From positions 1,184,001-1,248,000 of the forward strand of contig CBDEUS010000001.1 of NCBI GenBank assembly GCA_965243395.1: DNA of 64,000 nucleotides, read 5' to 3'. A program made the translations under genes and the position numbers. This stretch comes from Gammaproteobacteria bacterium (GTDB lineage: Bacteria; Pseudomonadota; Gammaproteobacteria; UBA4575). The notes beneath the pieces were generated by a model. That model ran no database searches, was not told the DNA's origin, and was given only the letters and a program-made list of their open reading frames with translations. Below, in pieces: positions 1 to 8,358 of this stretch; position 1 is the first letter of the stretch; every line of letters starts with the position of its first letter.

Positions 1-243
1 AGCTTCTGAATTTAATAATTTTACTAATTTTGGCGAATGTCTTGCGTAGGAAAGAGGAATTAAAGATCCATAACCTGCTTGAGCAAGTTTATTGCATGAT
101 TCTTTCCATAAAGGATAGTACTCTTTTGGGAAAAACGGCTTAGCTTTTTCAATTAAAAAAACTAATCGTTCATCTGGATCACCAGGTTCTTTATGTTGAG
201 GTAAAACAGCATATTTACCCCGCGTAGTGGAGGCAGCAGCCAA
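1..243 (-). CDS. 5' part of a probable CbbO/NorD-like VWA-domain partner protein (runs off the window start)
   Basis: Not in the ORF track. Hand translation from TTG at 243 (GAGGTG RBS just upstream) is open to base 1: MAAASTTRGKYAVLPQHKEPGDPDERLVFLIEKAKPFFPKEYYPLWKESCNKLAQAGYGSLIPLSYARHSPKLVKLLNSEA. It starts 8 nt after the CbbQ-like gene, where CbbO/NorD partners usually lie. The VWA domain itself would be outside the window. Confidence 0.6.
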   Translation of the reverse strand, partial: MAAASTTRGKYAVLPQHKEPGDPDERLVFLIEKAKPFFPKEYYPLWKESCNKLAQAGYGSLIPLSYARHSPKLVKLLNSEA

Positions 244-251
244 GACTCACC

Positions 252-1049
252 TCACGCACAAGCCTCAATGGCTGAACTCAGCGCATTGCGTATATCATGG
301 TCATCTGTAATAGGTAATACTAATGCAACTTCACAAGCTTCTTCTAAAGACACTCCCTGTGATATAAGTTGCGCAGCATAAATTAGCATTCTAGTCGATG
401 CTCCTTCATCTAAACCATGACCTTTCAAATTTCTAGAGCGATCTGATATTTGTACTAACTTCCTAGCTATATCAACATTGATTCCTGATTCATGTGCAAT
501 AATTTTTGCCTCTTCATCTGCTTTAGGATAATTAAAATCAATCGCACCAAACCTTTGTTTTGTAGACTCTTTCAAATCTTTCAAGACACTTTGATATCCG
601 GGGTTATAAGAAATCACAATTTGAAAATCTTGATTTGCTTTTACAACCTCATTTTTTTTCTCCAATGACAACATGCGACGGTCATCTGTTAATGAGTGTA
701 TAACAACACTCGTATCCTGCCTTGCCTCAACAATCTCATCTAAATAACAAATTGCTCCGTATCGTACTGCAAGTGTTAGAGGGCCATCGTGCCAAACTGT
801 TCCTTCAGCATCGAGGAGATAACGACCTACCAAGTCAGAGGCAGTCATGTCTTCATGACAAGAAACTGTGATAAGCGGTTTTTTTAACTTCCATGCCATA
901 TATTCAACAAAGCGTGTTTTTCCGCAACCTGTTGGTCCTTTTAGCATCATTGGCATCCTAGTCGCGTAGGCTGCTTCAAACAATTGAATCTCATTATGGG
1001 TGGGAGAGTAATAAGGTTCTTCAGTAATGAAGTAACTATCGAGATTCAT
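252..1049 (-). CDS. CbbQ/NirQ/NorQ-family MoxR-type AAA+ ATPase
   Basis: N-terminal EPYY motif, Walker A GPTGCGKT, Walker B CYLDEIVEARQD, SYNPGYQS..KDLKESTKQRF and GLDEGASTRMLIYAA are all hallmark CbbQ/NorQ motifs. Confidence 0.93.
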   Translation of the reverse strand: MNLDSYFITEEPYYSPTHNEIQLFEAAYATRMPMMLKGPTGCGKTRFVEYMAWKLKKPLITVSCHEDMTASDLVGRYLLDAEGTVWHDGPLTLAVRYGAICYLDEIVEARQDTSVVIHSLTDDRRMLSLEKKNEVVKANQDFQIVISYNPGYQSVLKDLKESTKQRFGAIDFNYPKADEEAKIIAHESGINVDIARKLVQISDRSRNLKGHGLDEGASTRMLIYAAQLISQGVSLEEACEVALVLPITDDHDIRNALSSAIEACA

Positions 1050-1070
1050 TCTGCTTTCCTTAATTTACAG

Positions 1071-1106
1071 AAAAATAAGGCGAAGACACAAGCGTGCCCT
1101 CGCCTT
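1071..1106 (-). terminator. 13-bp hairpin plus U-rich tail after amiE (leaky terminator or mRNA stabiliser)
   Basis: Minus strand reads AAGGCGAGGGCAC-GCTT-GTGTCTTCGCCTT-ATTTTT; two G.U pairs form only on the minus strand. Confidence 0.75.
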
Positions 1107-1123
1107 GATTTAAAGTAACTGAA

Positions 1124-2158
1124 TTAACGATGAGTTTTAGGGTTAGGTATTCCTTCAATCTCACACTCTTCAGTACCAACAGTTGTGCGCGTAATAGACT
1201 CAACCATTTCGCGTGTTGCATCTGGATCTGTAATCCATTTTTTGTAAAAGTCATATGGACATTCTGCAACACCTTGATCACCTTCACCAGAGTTAATTTT
1301 ACCGGTGTAACCTCTATGAAGAAGTTTAAATAAGTGATTTTGTGATTGTTGATTTTTACGTGCATCCCGAATGAGTGAAGTCGACAAGTTTGCATACTGA
1401 ACGCCCATGTCTTCCTCTGCACAAGCACCAAGTGTGCGTCCATCGAATCCAATTATTGAAGAATAACCAAAATATGAATACACACCATCAAATCCTGTTG
1501 CATTTGCAACAGCAACATAACAGTTGTTCATCCATGCCATTGCTTTGGCTACCATAATTTGCTGATCTTTCGATGGATACATATAGCCTTGACAACGTAC
1601 GATTAACTCTGCACCTTTCATTGCACAATCACGCCATATTTCAGGATAGTTTCCGTCATCACAAATGATTAGACTTATCTTTAAGCCTTTAGGACCATCT
1701 GAAACATAAGTGCAATTACCAGGATACCAACCTTCAATAGGTACCCAAGGCATAATTTTGCGATACTTTTGCACGATCTCTCCTTGATCATTCATCAAAA
1801 TTAAAGTGTTGTATGGCGCTTTGTTTGGATGATCTTCATGGCGTTCGCCGGTCAATGAAAATACACCCCAAACTTTTGCATTACGACATGCTTCTGCAAA
1901 AATTTCAGTTTCTTCACCTGGACATGTTGATGCAGTTTCATACATCTCTTTCTCATCATACATAATTCCATGAGTGCTATATTCAGGAAAAATTACCAGA
2001 TCCATTCCAGGTAAACCTACTTTCATACCTTCAATCATGCTTGCAATATTGCGCGCATTATCGAGCACTTCGGCTTTAGTATGCAGTCTTGGCATTTTGT
2101 AATTTACAACTGCAACGCCGACGGCATCTTTACTACTTGATATATCACCGTGATACAT
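1124..2158 (-). CDS. amiE: Aliphatic amidase (nitrilase superfamily)
   Basis: [23 protein letters not shown]-terminus and catalytic triad motifs [23 protein letters not shown] are characteristic of AmiE. GGAGG RBS present. Confidence 0.97.
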   Translation of the reverse strand: MYHGDISSSKDAVGVAVVNYKMPRLHTKAEVLDNARNIASMIEGMKVGLPGMDLVIFPEYSTHGIMYDEKEMYETASTCPGEETEIFAEACRNAKVWGVFSLTGERHEDHPNKAPYNTLILMNDQGEIVQKYRKIMPWVPIEGWYPGNCTYVSDGPKGLKISLIICDDGNYPEIWRDCAMKGAELIVRCQGYMYPSKDQQIMVAKAMAWMNNCYVAVANATGFDGVYSYFGYSSIIGFDGRTLGACAEEDMGVQYANLSTSLIRDARKNQQSQNHLFKLLHRGYTGKINSGEGDQGVAECPYDFYKKWITDPDATREMVESITRTTVGTEECEIEGIPNPKTHR

Positions 2159-2268
2159 ATTTCATCCTCCTCGTCAGTCATTACCTAAAAACTGACATTT
2201 TTATAAAAATTAATTTCAAACCAGTTTGAATCTTTACCAAAATAGGTAAATTTTTTACTCACACGCAC

Positions 2269-2344
2269 AAAAAAAGCCCTCTAGGGAAAATTCCTAGAGG
2301 GCTTTTTTGCCCAAAACTTTCTGCAGAAGCGTTATTGGTTCTGC
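2269..2344 (-). promoter_or_regulatory. ANTAR-type dual-hexaloop leader overlapping an intrinsic terminator, upstream of amiE
   Basis: Minus strand: GCAGAA-C-C[AATAAC]G-C-TTCTGC (P1), linker, GGGC[AAAAAA]GCCC (P2). The 3' arm of P2 is the 5' arm of the terminator GCCCTCTAGG..CCTAGAGGGC-T7. Adjacent to amiR. Confidence 0.88.
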
Positions 2345-2381
2345 TGAATAATTCAATTAATACTAGCGATGTGTTAAGTGC

Positions 2382-2410
2382 TTTTTAGACCAATTCTTAG
2401 CAAACGTCAA
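2382..2410 (-). promoter_or_regulatory. Candidate sigma70 promoter for amiE
   Basis: TTGACG-N17-TAAAAA on the minus strand; predicted start about 30 nt before P1. Confidence 0.5.
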
Positions 2411-2463
2411 GAACTTCGTTAAATCCATTTAAAACGTATAGGTATAAAATTAACTTAAGTTCT

Positions 2464-3066
2464 TCATTCAACATTCACTTCTAAAGTTTTATCCGCAGCA
2501 ACTATTTCTTGTGCAACATCTTCCGTAGTTAAACGACGCTCCATGGCTTTAGACCTAATAAATTCATACGCTTGTTCGCGACTAATGTTATTTGCCCTTT
2601 CAAGTATCGCTATTGCATGCTCAACAGCATGAATATTTCTAATTTTCGTCTCGAGCTTTTGTACCCTAGAACCAAGTATTAATTCTTTACGCCAATGTGT
2701 TCTCGCGATCACCATATTGGCTAATAGGCCAAAAGGTCGAACAGGTGTATTCAGTATTGCATGTGCGCCCAATTCATACGCAGTTTGTAATACGGTCGGA
2801 TTTTCGTAATCAACTATAGCTATGATTGTTGGACTGTTTTTATCATCTGCTAACCATGTAGGCTTTTCAACAAATGGGTGATCTTGCAAAGTCTGCAAAA
2901 AAACTACATCGGTGTTCGATTTAATACGTTTGGGGCAAGGCCATACCATTCGCACCGAGCAACCAATACGTTCTATATGCTGACATATATCACTACCCTG
3001 CTCGTTATTAGGATGAACAACTAATATCCTAAGCTTGCGTAGATCTTTTAATATCTCAATCGCCAT
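2464..3066 (-). CDS. amiR: AmiR-type ANTAR antiterminator (pseudo-receiver plus ANTAR domain)
   Basis: AmiR-like N-terminus (LRKLRILVVHP..IGCSVRMVWP; IIAIVDYENPTVL) and C-terminal ANTAR (AYEFIRSKAMERR..VAQEI). Lies 2 nt downstream of amiC. Confidence 0.9.
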   Translation of the reverse strand: MAIEILKDLRKLRILVVHPNNEQGSDICQHIERIGCSVRMVWPCPKRIKSNTDVVFLQTLQDHPFVEKPTWLADDKNSPTIIAIVDYENPTVLQTAYELGAHAILNTPVRPFGLLANMVIARTHWRKELILGSRVQKLETKIRNIHAVEHAIAILERANNISREQAYEFIRSKAMERRLTTEDVAQEIVAADKTLEVNVE

Positions 3067-3068
3067 AT

Positions 3069-4235
3069 TTAACTCAGTTCGCTTTCAAAATATTTCATAC
3101 GACTCAAGCTCTTGTCCGAACCAAGATCAACGAGATATGGATCAGGTTTAACTGGACCATCTGTTTCTGCAACGATTTGGAATTGTCCTGATTTATTTAC
3201 TCGACCAATTTTTGGCCAAAGAAATGTGTGGTTGTTATCAGGATCAATTTGAATAGAACCTTGTGGCGCATCAAATATTGTGCCTAGTGTTGCTGTGCGG
3301 ACAATTTCTGTATCCAATGTGCCTACTCGACGTAACACATCTGCAAAAAGGTGGACTTGAAAATAAGCTGCTTCTGCACAAGCATTAGTACGCAATCTAT
3401 TGCCAAACATTGCTTTATATTTTTTGACAAATTTATAATTTGAAGGTGTTTGTACAGATTCAAAATAGGGTGCTGCAGTAATATGACCCTCCCCTACTTC
3501 CTCTCCCATCGCACTCACTTCTGCTTCACTTGTAGTTAGGCTAGCAATAGGCATTTGCTTTGGTTGCAAACCCGCATTCCAATAACTTTTATAAAATTTA
3601 CTTGTTGCAGACCCTACAATAGTACTGAAAATGACATTGGGTCGTTTTTCTAATATATCAACCAAAATTGGGTCAATATCATTTTTAGTTGCATCTAATG
3701 GAAGATATTTTTCTGCAACAACTTTGCCACCAGCTGAATTCAAAATATCCTTCATAATGCGATTTGACTCATAAGGATAAATATAATTTGAGCCTATAAA
3801 ATAAAATCGATTTCCATATTGATTCAATAAATATCGTGCCAAAAACATACTGTTTTGGTTGGGTGCTGCACCTGTATAAATTACATTTTTTGAATATTCA
3901 AAGCCTTCATAAAGTGTCGGATACCATAAAAGTCCATTATGGTTCTCAACAATCGGTAGCACAGCTTTGCGCGTGCTCGACATATAGCACCCAAAGATTA
4001 TGTTTGCTGAATCTTTTGTAATTAAACGATTTGCTAATCGTCGAAAGTTTTCAGGATTAGACTGGGGATCATAATAAATGGGTTTGATATTTCTACCATT
4101 AACACCCCCATTTGAATTAATTTCACGAATTGCTAATAAGGTAGCATTAAGTTGTGTTTTTTCTATTACAGATGTAACACCTGTTTTAGAAAATAAAATT
4201 CCAACTTTCCAAGAAGATTTGACCACATCAAACAC
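3069..4235 (-). CDS. amiC: AmiC-type cytoplasmic amide sensor (periplasmic-binding-protein fold, no signal peptide)
   Basis: VGILFSKTGVT, IFGCYMSSTRKAVLP, LWYPTLYEGFEYS, YTGAAPNQNS, YIYPYESNRIM; GTG start; coupled to amiR. Confidence 0.9.
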   Translation of the reverse strand: MFDVVKSSWKVGILFSKTGVTSVIEKTQLNATLLAIREINSNGGVNGRNIKPIYYDPQSNPENFRRLANRLITKDSANIIFGCYMSSTRKAVLPIVENHNGLLWYPTLYEGFEYSKNVIYTGAAPNQNSMFLARYLLNQYGNRFYFIGSNYIYPYESNRIMKDILNSAGGKVVAEKYLPLDATKNDIDPILVDILEKRPNVIFSTIVGSATSKFYKSYWNAGLQPKQMPIASLTTSEAEVSAMGEEVGEGHITAAPYFESVQTPSNYKFVKKYKAMFGNRLRTNACAEAAYFQVHLFADVLRRVGTLDTEIVRTATLGTIFDAPQGSIQIDPDNNHTFLWPKIGRVNKSGQFQIVAETDGPVKPDPYLVDLGSDKSLSRMKYFESELS

Positions 4236-4642
4236 CTCAGGTTACGGGTTGTAATTATTCTATGTGGTATTTAATTAATAAATATTACCTTACGTAACTG
4301 CTTATTTTGAACTAAATTACAAAGTCTCGTCTATGTTTTTAATAATATTTAGGATGATGTAATAACAAATTAATTTTTCTAATCACCACCCAAGCAATTA
4401 ATTTATGATGCTGAGCATGTTCTAATAGTGCAAAAACTAATGACATCTATTGGAAAATGTAATATTCAAGCTATTTCAATATCTAGGAAATAATTTTTCT
4501 TTGAATTTAGTCTTCACGAATATCACTACTTGGTAGTTTTAAAATTGCTTGCTTTTAAATTTATTTCGATGAATAATCTATTTTTATAGACACACTAAAA
4601 TATACTGCTGAAATACTTTAGAATTAATCATTAGCAGTAAAA

Positions 4643-4723
4643 ATAACGAAACCAACAGTGCTTTCGTTATCAGATTTGGCAAAAAAGCCCTCTAGAAACT
4701 AAGGTTTTCTAGGGGGCTTTTTT
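4643..4723 (+). promoter_or_regulatory. ANTAR-type dual-hexaloop/terminator unit 1 in the ABC transporter leader
   Basis: ATAACGAAA-C-C[AACAGT]G-C-TTTCGTTAT (P1, 4643-4670); GGC[AAAAAA]GCC (P2, 4678-4689) overlapping terminator GCCCTCTAGAAA..TTTCTAGGGGGC-T6. Confidence 0.88.
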
Positions 4724-4740
4724 GTTTGTGTAATATTTTT

Positions 4741-4814
4741 CTAACAAAACCAAAAACGCTTTTGTTAGCTGTAGGCAATAACGCCTCTAAAGAATTTTCT
4801 TTAGAGGTTTTTTT
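4741..4814 (+). promoter_or_regulatory. ANTAR-type dual-hexaloop/terminator unit 2 in the ABC transporter leader
   Basis: CTAACAAAA-C-C[AAAAAC]G-C-TTTTGTTAG (P1, 4741-4768); AGGC[AATAAC]GCCT (P2, 4773-4786) overlapping terminator CCTCTAAAGA-ATTT-TCTTTAGAGG-T7. Confidence 0.88.
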
Positions 4815-4889
4815 ATGCCAATTAAAAATAAATAAACATTTAAACAAACTTACTTAAGTACATATCAGTCAAGTTCAGGAGGCTTTCAA

Positions 4890-6194
4890 ATGAATCGACG
4901 CAAATTTCTAAAAAAATCTGCTGTCGTAGCGGGAACTGCAGCCGCAGCTACGATCTCTGACTTTCCTTACTTTTTCACAAGAAATTATGCGAAAGCAGCA
5001 GCAGGAGATACTATAAAAATTGGTATCCTGCATTCACTAAGTGGAACTATTGCGATTATTGAACGTTCACTGCATAACGCAGAGTTGTTAGCCATTGATG
5101 AAATCAATGCGGCTGGCGGTGTTATGGGTAAACAATTAGAGCCTGTAATTGAAGACCCACAATCCCTCGTTCAGGTATTCGCAGAAAAAGCGAAGAAACT
5201 TATTCTTGAAGATGAAGTTGTAGCTGTATTAGGTTGTTATACATCTGCGAGTCGTCAATCGGTTTTACCAGTATTTGAGCAACATAATAATGTTCTCTTA
5301 TATCCAACCCTTTACGAGGCACAGGAATGCAGTAAAAACTGTTTCTACACTGGCTGCGTTCCAAATCAGCAACTAGATGATTTTGTTCCATGGCTAATTG
5401 AAAATGTTGGACCTAAGTTTTATATGCTTGGGTCGAATTATATCTATCCAAAAGAAACCAATCGTGAAGTGAAAGCTTTGCTTAAAGCTCATGGTGGTGA
5501 GGATGTTGGAGAAGAATATGCGCCTCTTGGTCATACAGAATTTTCTACTAACATTAACAAAATTGCTTCTAAACAACCTGATGTCGTGTTCTCCGATCTT
5601 GTGGGTGACTCAGTTGTGGCTTTCTACAAACAATTCCGTCAGTTTGGACTAACTGCAGACGATATGATAATTGCCACACCCATTACTACCGAACAAGAGA
5701 CTGCGGCAATGGGACCAGAAAATGCATTAGGTCACTTAACTTCATTCAACTATTTCCAATCAGTTGATACACCAGAAAACAATAAGTTTGTTGAAGCTTA
5801 TAAAGCGAAATATGGTAAAAACGAAGTTACCAATGCAGTGATGGAAGCGGCTTATTTTCAAACACATATGCTTGCGCAAGCAATTGAAAAGGCGGGCTCA
5901 ACAGAAGCCGATGCATTAATTTTTGAAGGTTTACCTGGTCAAGAATTTACTGCTCCAGGTGGAAAAGTCAAAATTGATGAGAAAAATCATCACACGTGGC
6001 TATGGCCGAAAATTGGACGTGCTAATGAACAAGGCCAATTTGACATCATATGGCAACGTGATGATTGGGTGCGCCCTGATCCATGGGTAGACCTATTGTA
6101 TCCAAATAAGGATTGCGATTTTACTAATCCAAGTGTTCTCGAACGATTGAAGTCTGGTGATCCAGATCGTTCAGGAACATTCGATATAAGTTAG
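4890..6194 (+). CDS. Amide/urea ABC transporter substrate-binding protein (UrtA/FmdD-like) with Tat signal
   Basis: Twin-arginine motif NRRKFLK; IKIGILHSLSGT, GCYTSASRQSVLPVFE, YPTLYE; AGGAGG RBS. Confidence 0.9.
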   Translation: MNRRKFLKKSAVVAGTAAAATISDFPYFFTRNYAKAAAGDTIKIGILHSLSGTIAIIERSLHNAELLAIDEINAAGGVMGKQLEPVIEDPQSLVQVFAEKAKKLILEDEVVAVLGCYTSASRQSVLPVFEQHNNVLLYPTLYEAQECSKNCFYTGCVPNQQLDDFVPWLIENVGPKFYMLGSNYIYPKETNREVKALLKAHGGEDVGEEYAPLGHTEFSTNINKIASKQPDVVFSDLVGDSVVAFYKQFRQFGLTADDMIIATPITTEQETAAMGPENALGHLTSFNYFQSVDTPENNKFVEAYKAKYGKNEVTNAVMEAAYFQTHMLAQAIEKAGSTEADALIFEGLPGQEFTAPGGKVKIDEKNHHTWLWPKIGRANEQGQFDIIWQRDDWVRPDPWVDLLYPNKDCDFTNPSVLERLKSGDPDRSGTFDIS

Positions 6195-6214
6195 GTCAGC
6201 ATCATGTGTAAAAA

Positions 6215-6240
6215 GGTGGTAGTAATTTTTTACTACCACC
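6215..6240. other. Perfect 11-bp intergenic hairpin after the SBP gene
   Basis: GGTGGTAGTAA-TTTT-TTACTACCACC. No U-tract on +, but A5 precedes it (U-tract on -). Probably stabilises the SBP mRNA segment. Confidence 0.7.
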
Positions 6241-6284
6241 CCTTCTAACCTACGTGCCATTTTCTATAAAAAGAAAAATTTGAA

Positions 6285-7154
6285 ATGGAAGCAATCATCA
6301 CTCAATTTCTAAGTGGATTCAGTGTAGTAGCAATTTTAATTATTGCGGCTGTAGGTCTAGCCATAATCTTCGGTGTTGCCGGTGTCATAAACATGGCACA
6401 TGGCGAGTTCATTATGGTTGGTGCCTACACAGCAGCTGTTGTTGGGCAACTCGGTGGTAATACCTTTATTGCTATTCCAGTTGCGTTTGTAGTTGTTGCT
6501 TTACTTGGATTAATTGTAGAGCGATCTGTCATTCAGTGGATTTACGATCGACCGTTGGAAACGTTACTTGCTACCTGGGGTGTTGGGATCATTTTACAAG
6601 TGGTAATGAAATTAATATTTGGCCCAGAGCTATATTATGTTGGTGCACCGAAAATTCTTGACGGTGGCTTTCGAGTTATTGGCTTACTTCCTTTCCCATG
6701 GTACCGATTATTTTTAATCATACTTGCAATTGCACTAATGATAATTACATACCTGGTTATGTTCAAAACTGATTTAGGTTTAAAAGTTAGAGCAGTACGA
6801 AGAAACAGAACCATGTCAGGATGTTTAGGTATCGATACCGCAAGAGTCGATATGATTATTTTTGCGTTTGGCTCTGGATTAGCCGGAGTAGCAGGCGCAG
6901 CACTAGCCCCTATCAAGTCAGTTTCAACCACTATGGGTTTCCCCTACGCAGTGGATTCATTCATGGTTTTAGTGTTAGGAGGTGTTGGAAATCTTTGGGG
7001 TGTGGTTGCAGGTTCATTTTTAATAGGGGAAGCAGAAACGATATTGTCATTTATTTATAACAATGTAATTGGAAAACTTTTAGTTTTCATTTTTATAGTT
7101 TTAGCTATACGTGTATTCCCTAGGGGATTATTTGGGTATCACGAACGAACTTAA
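6285..7154 (+). CDS. ABC transporter permease (UrtB/LivH-like)
   Basis: GLAIIFG..GVINMAHGEFIMVGAY, RPLETLLATWG, FGSGLAGVAG; multiple TM segments. Confidence 0.92.
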   Translation: MEAIITQFLSGFSVVAILIIAAVGLAIIFGVAGVINMAHGEFIMVGAYTAAVVGQLGGNTFIAIPVAFVVVALLGLIVERSVIQWIYDRPLETLLATWGVGIILQVVMKLIFGPELYYVGAPKILDGGFRVIGLLPFPWYRLFLIILAIALMIITYLVMFKTDLGLKVRAVRRNRTMSGCLGIDTARVDMIIFAFGSGLAGVAGAALAPIKSVSTTMGFPYAVDSFMVLVLGGVGNLWGVVAGSFLIGEAETILSFIYNNVIGKLLVFIFIVLAIRVFPRGLFGYHERT

Positions 7155-7166
7155 CAAAAGGAACTA

Positions 7167-8330
7167 TTGAGAAGTGTAGCAATGGTGAATGAAAGAAGTA
7201 TAAATAAAGCACCAATGTTTCCATTACTATCTGTTGTAGTCGCAACAGCTATTGTGCTTGCTATTGCAACATATCCTATGTATGGAGCCGAGTATGTTAC
7301 ATCTTTATTAGGAAAGTTCTTATGCTATGCAATTTTTGCATTAAGTCTAGATTTGATTTGGGGTTTCACTGGAATTTTAAGCTTAGGACAAGCAGTTTAT
7401 TTTGGTATCGGGGCCTATTCAGTCGCACTGTCTCTTAAAATAGATTACGCCTCTACACACCCTACACGTTACGGAGGCACGATCCCTGATTTTATGGAAT
7501 GGAATGGCCTCACTGAGTTGCCAAATTTCATGGCGCCATTGCAAAATTTACCTTTTGCAGTATTTGTTGGCTTAGCATTCGCTACATTTATTGCATTTAT
7601 ATTTGGTGTAATCACATTTAAACGTCACATTTATGGTGTGTATTGTGCAGTAATCACGCTCGCTGAATCTCTCATCCTGCAAGAAGCCATAATTGAATAT
7701 CAGGCCTACACCGGAGGATTCAATGGCATCACAGATTATGGAACACACGCTACTAAATTCTATCTTTGGTTTATTTTAGCTGTAACCATCTTCTTCTTCG
7801 CACTCGGAAGAGTTTTAACTCATTCACGCGTCGGAACAGTATTAAAGTCTATTCGAGATAATGACGTGCGCGCAGAATTTATGGGTTATAACGTTGCCAA
7901 CTATCGAATTTTTGTTTACTGCTTATCAAGCTTTATGGCGGCTAGTGCGGGCGCTATGTATGCAGCGTGGAACGGTATCATATCATTCTTAGATGCGGGG
8001 CCTATATTTTCTATTGAAGCTGTAATTTGGACTGCAGTTGGTGGACGCGGGACTATCATTGGTCCATTCATAGGAGCCTTCTTAGTGAAGGGCTCAGAAT
8101 TTTTCTTAAGTGGAAAACTTGCATGGACTTGGCAACTCATTATGGGTGGTTTGTTTATATTTGTAGTTCTTGTTATGCGAGATGGAATTGTAGGAACAAT
8201 TGGAAAATGGTGGGCGGCAAGAAAAAAACATGCATCTATCAAAGGCACAGTTGCTGAATCAGATGCTACTGCATCTGATCGACAAAAAGACTGGCAACCT
8301 GGACAATCGAAAGGACCTGATGAAATTTAA
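7167..8330 (+). CDS. ABC transporter permease (UrtC/LivM-like); start may be the ATG at 7182
   Basis: GKFLCYAIFALSLDLIWGFTGILSLGQ, PDFMEWNG, TGGFNGIT, IRDND.R..FMGY, AVGGRGT. Confidence 0.92.
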   Translation: MRSVAMVNERSINKAPMFPLLSVVVATAIVLAIATYPMYGAEYVTSLLGKFLCYAIFALSLDLIWGFTGILSLGQAVYFGIGAYSVALSLKIDYASTHPTRYGGTIPDFMEWNGLTELPNFMAPLQNLPFAVFVGLAFATFIAFIFGVITFKRHIYGVYCAVITLAESLILQEAIIEYQAYTGGFNGITDYGTHATKFYLWFILAVTIFFFALGRVLTHSRVGTVLKSIRDNDVRAEFMGYNVANYRIFVYCLSSFMAASAGAMYAAWNGIISFLDAGPIFSIEAVIWTAVGGRGTIIGPFIGAFLVKGSEFFLSGKLAWTWQLIMGGLFIFVVLVMRDGIVGTIGKWWAARKKHASIKGTVAESDATASDRQKDWQPGQSKGPDEI

Positions 8331-8358
8331 CAAATAAACTTTTTCATAAAAATTATCA

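Noticed and set aside
252-1049. Calling the ATPase a Rubisco activase (cbbQ) or denitrification norQ
   Set aside because: No Rubisco or nor/nir genes are in the window; only the family assignment is supported.
4531-4550. sigma54 promoter before the transporter (TGGTAG..TTGC)
   Set aside because: GG-to-GC spacing is 13 nt, not the required 10.
2269-4814. The repeated GCCCTCTAG hairpins as REP/MITE elements or CRISPR repeats
   Set aside because: Only three copies, all in leaders, with covarying stems and U-tracts; no spacers, target duplications or cas genes.
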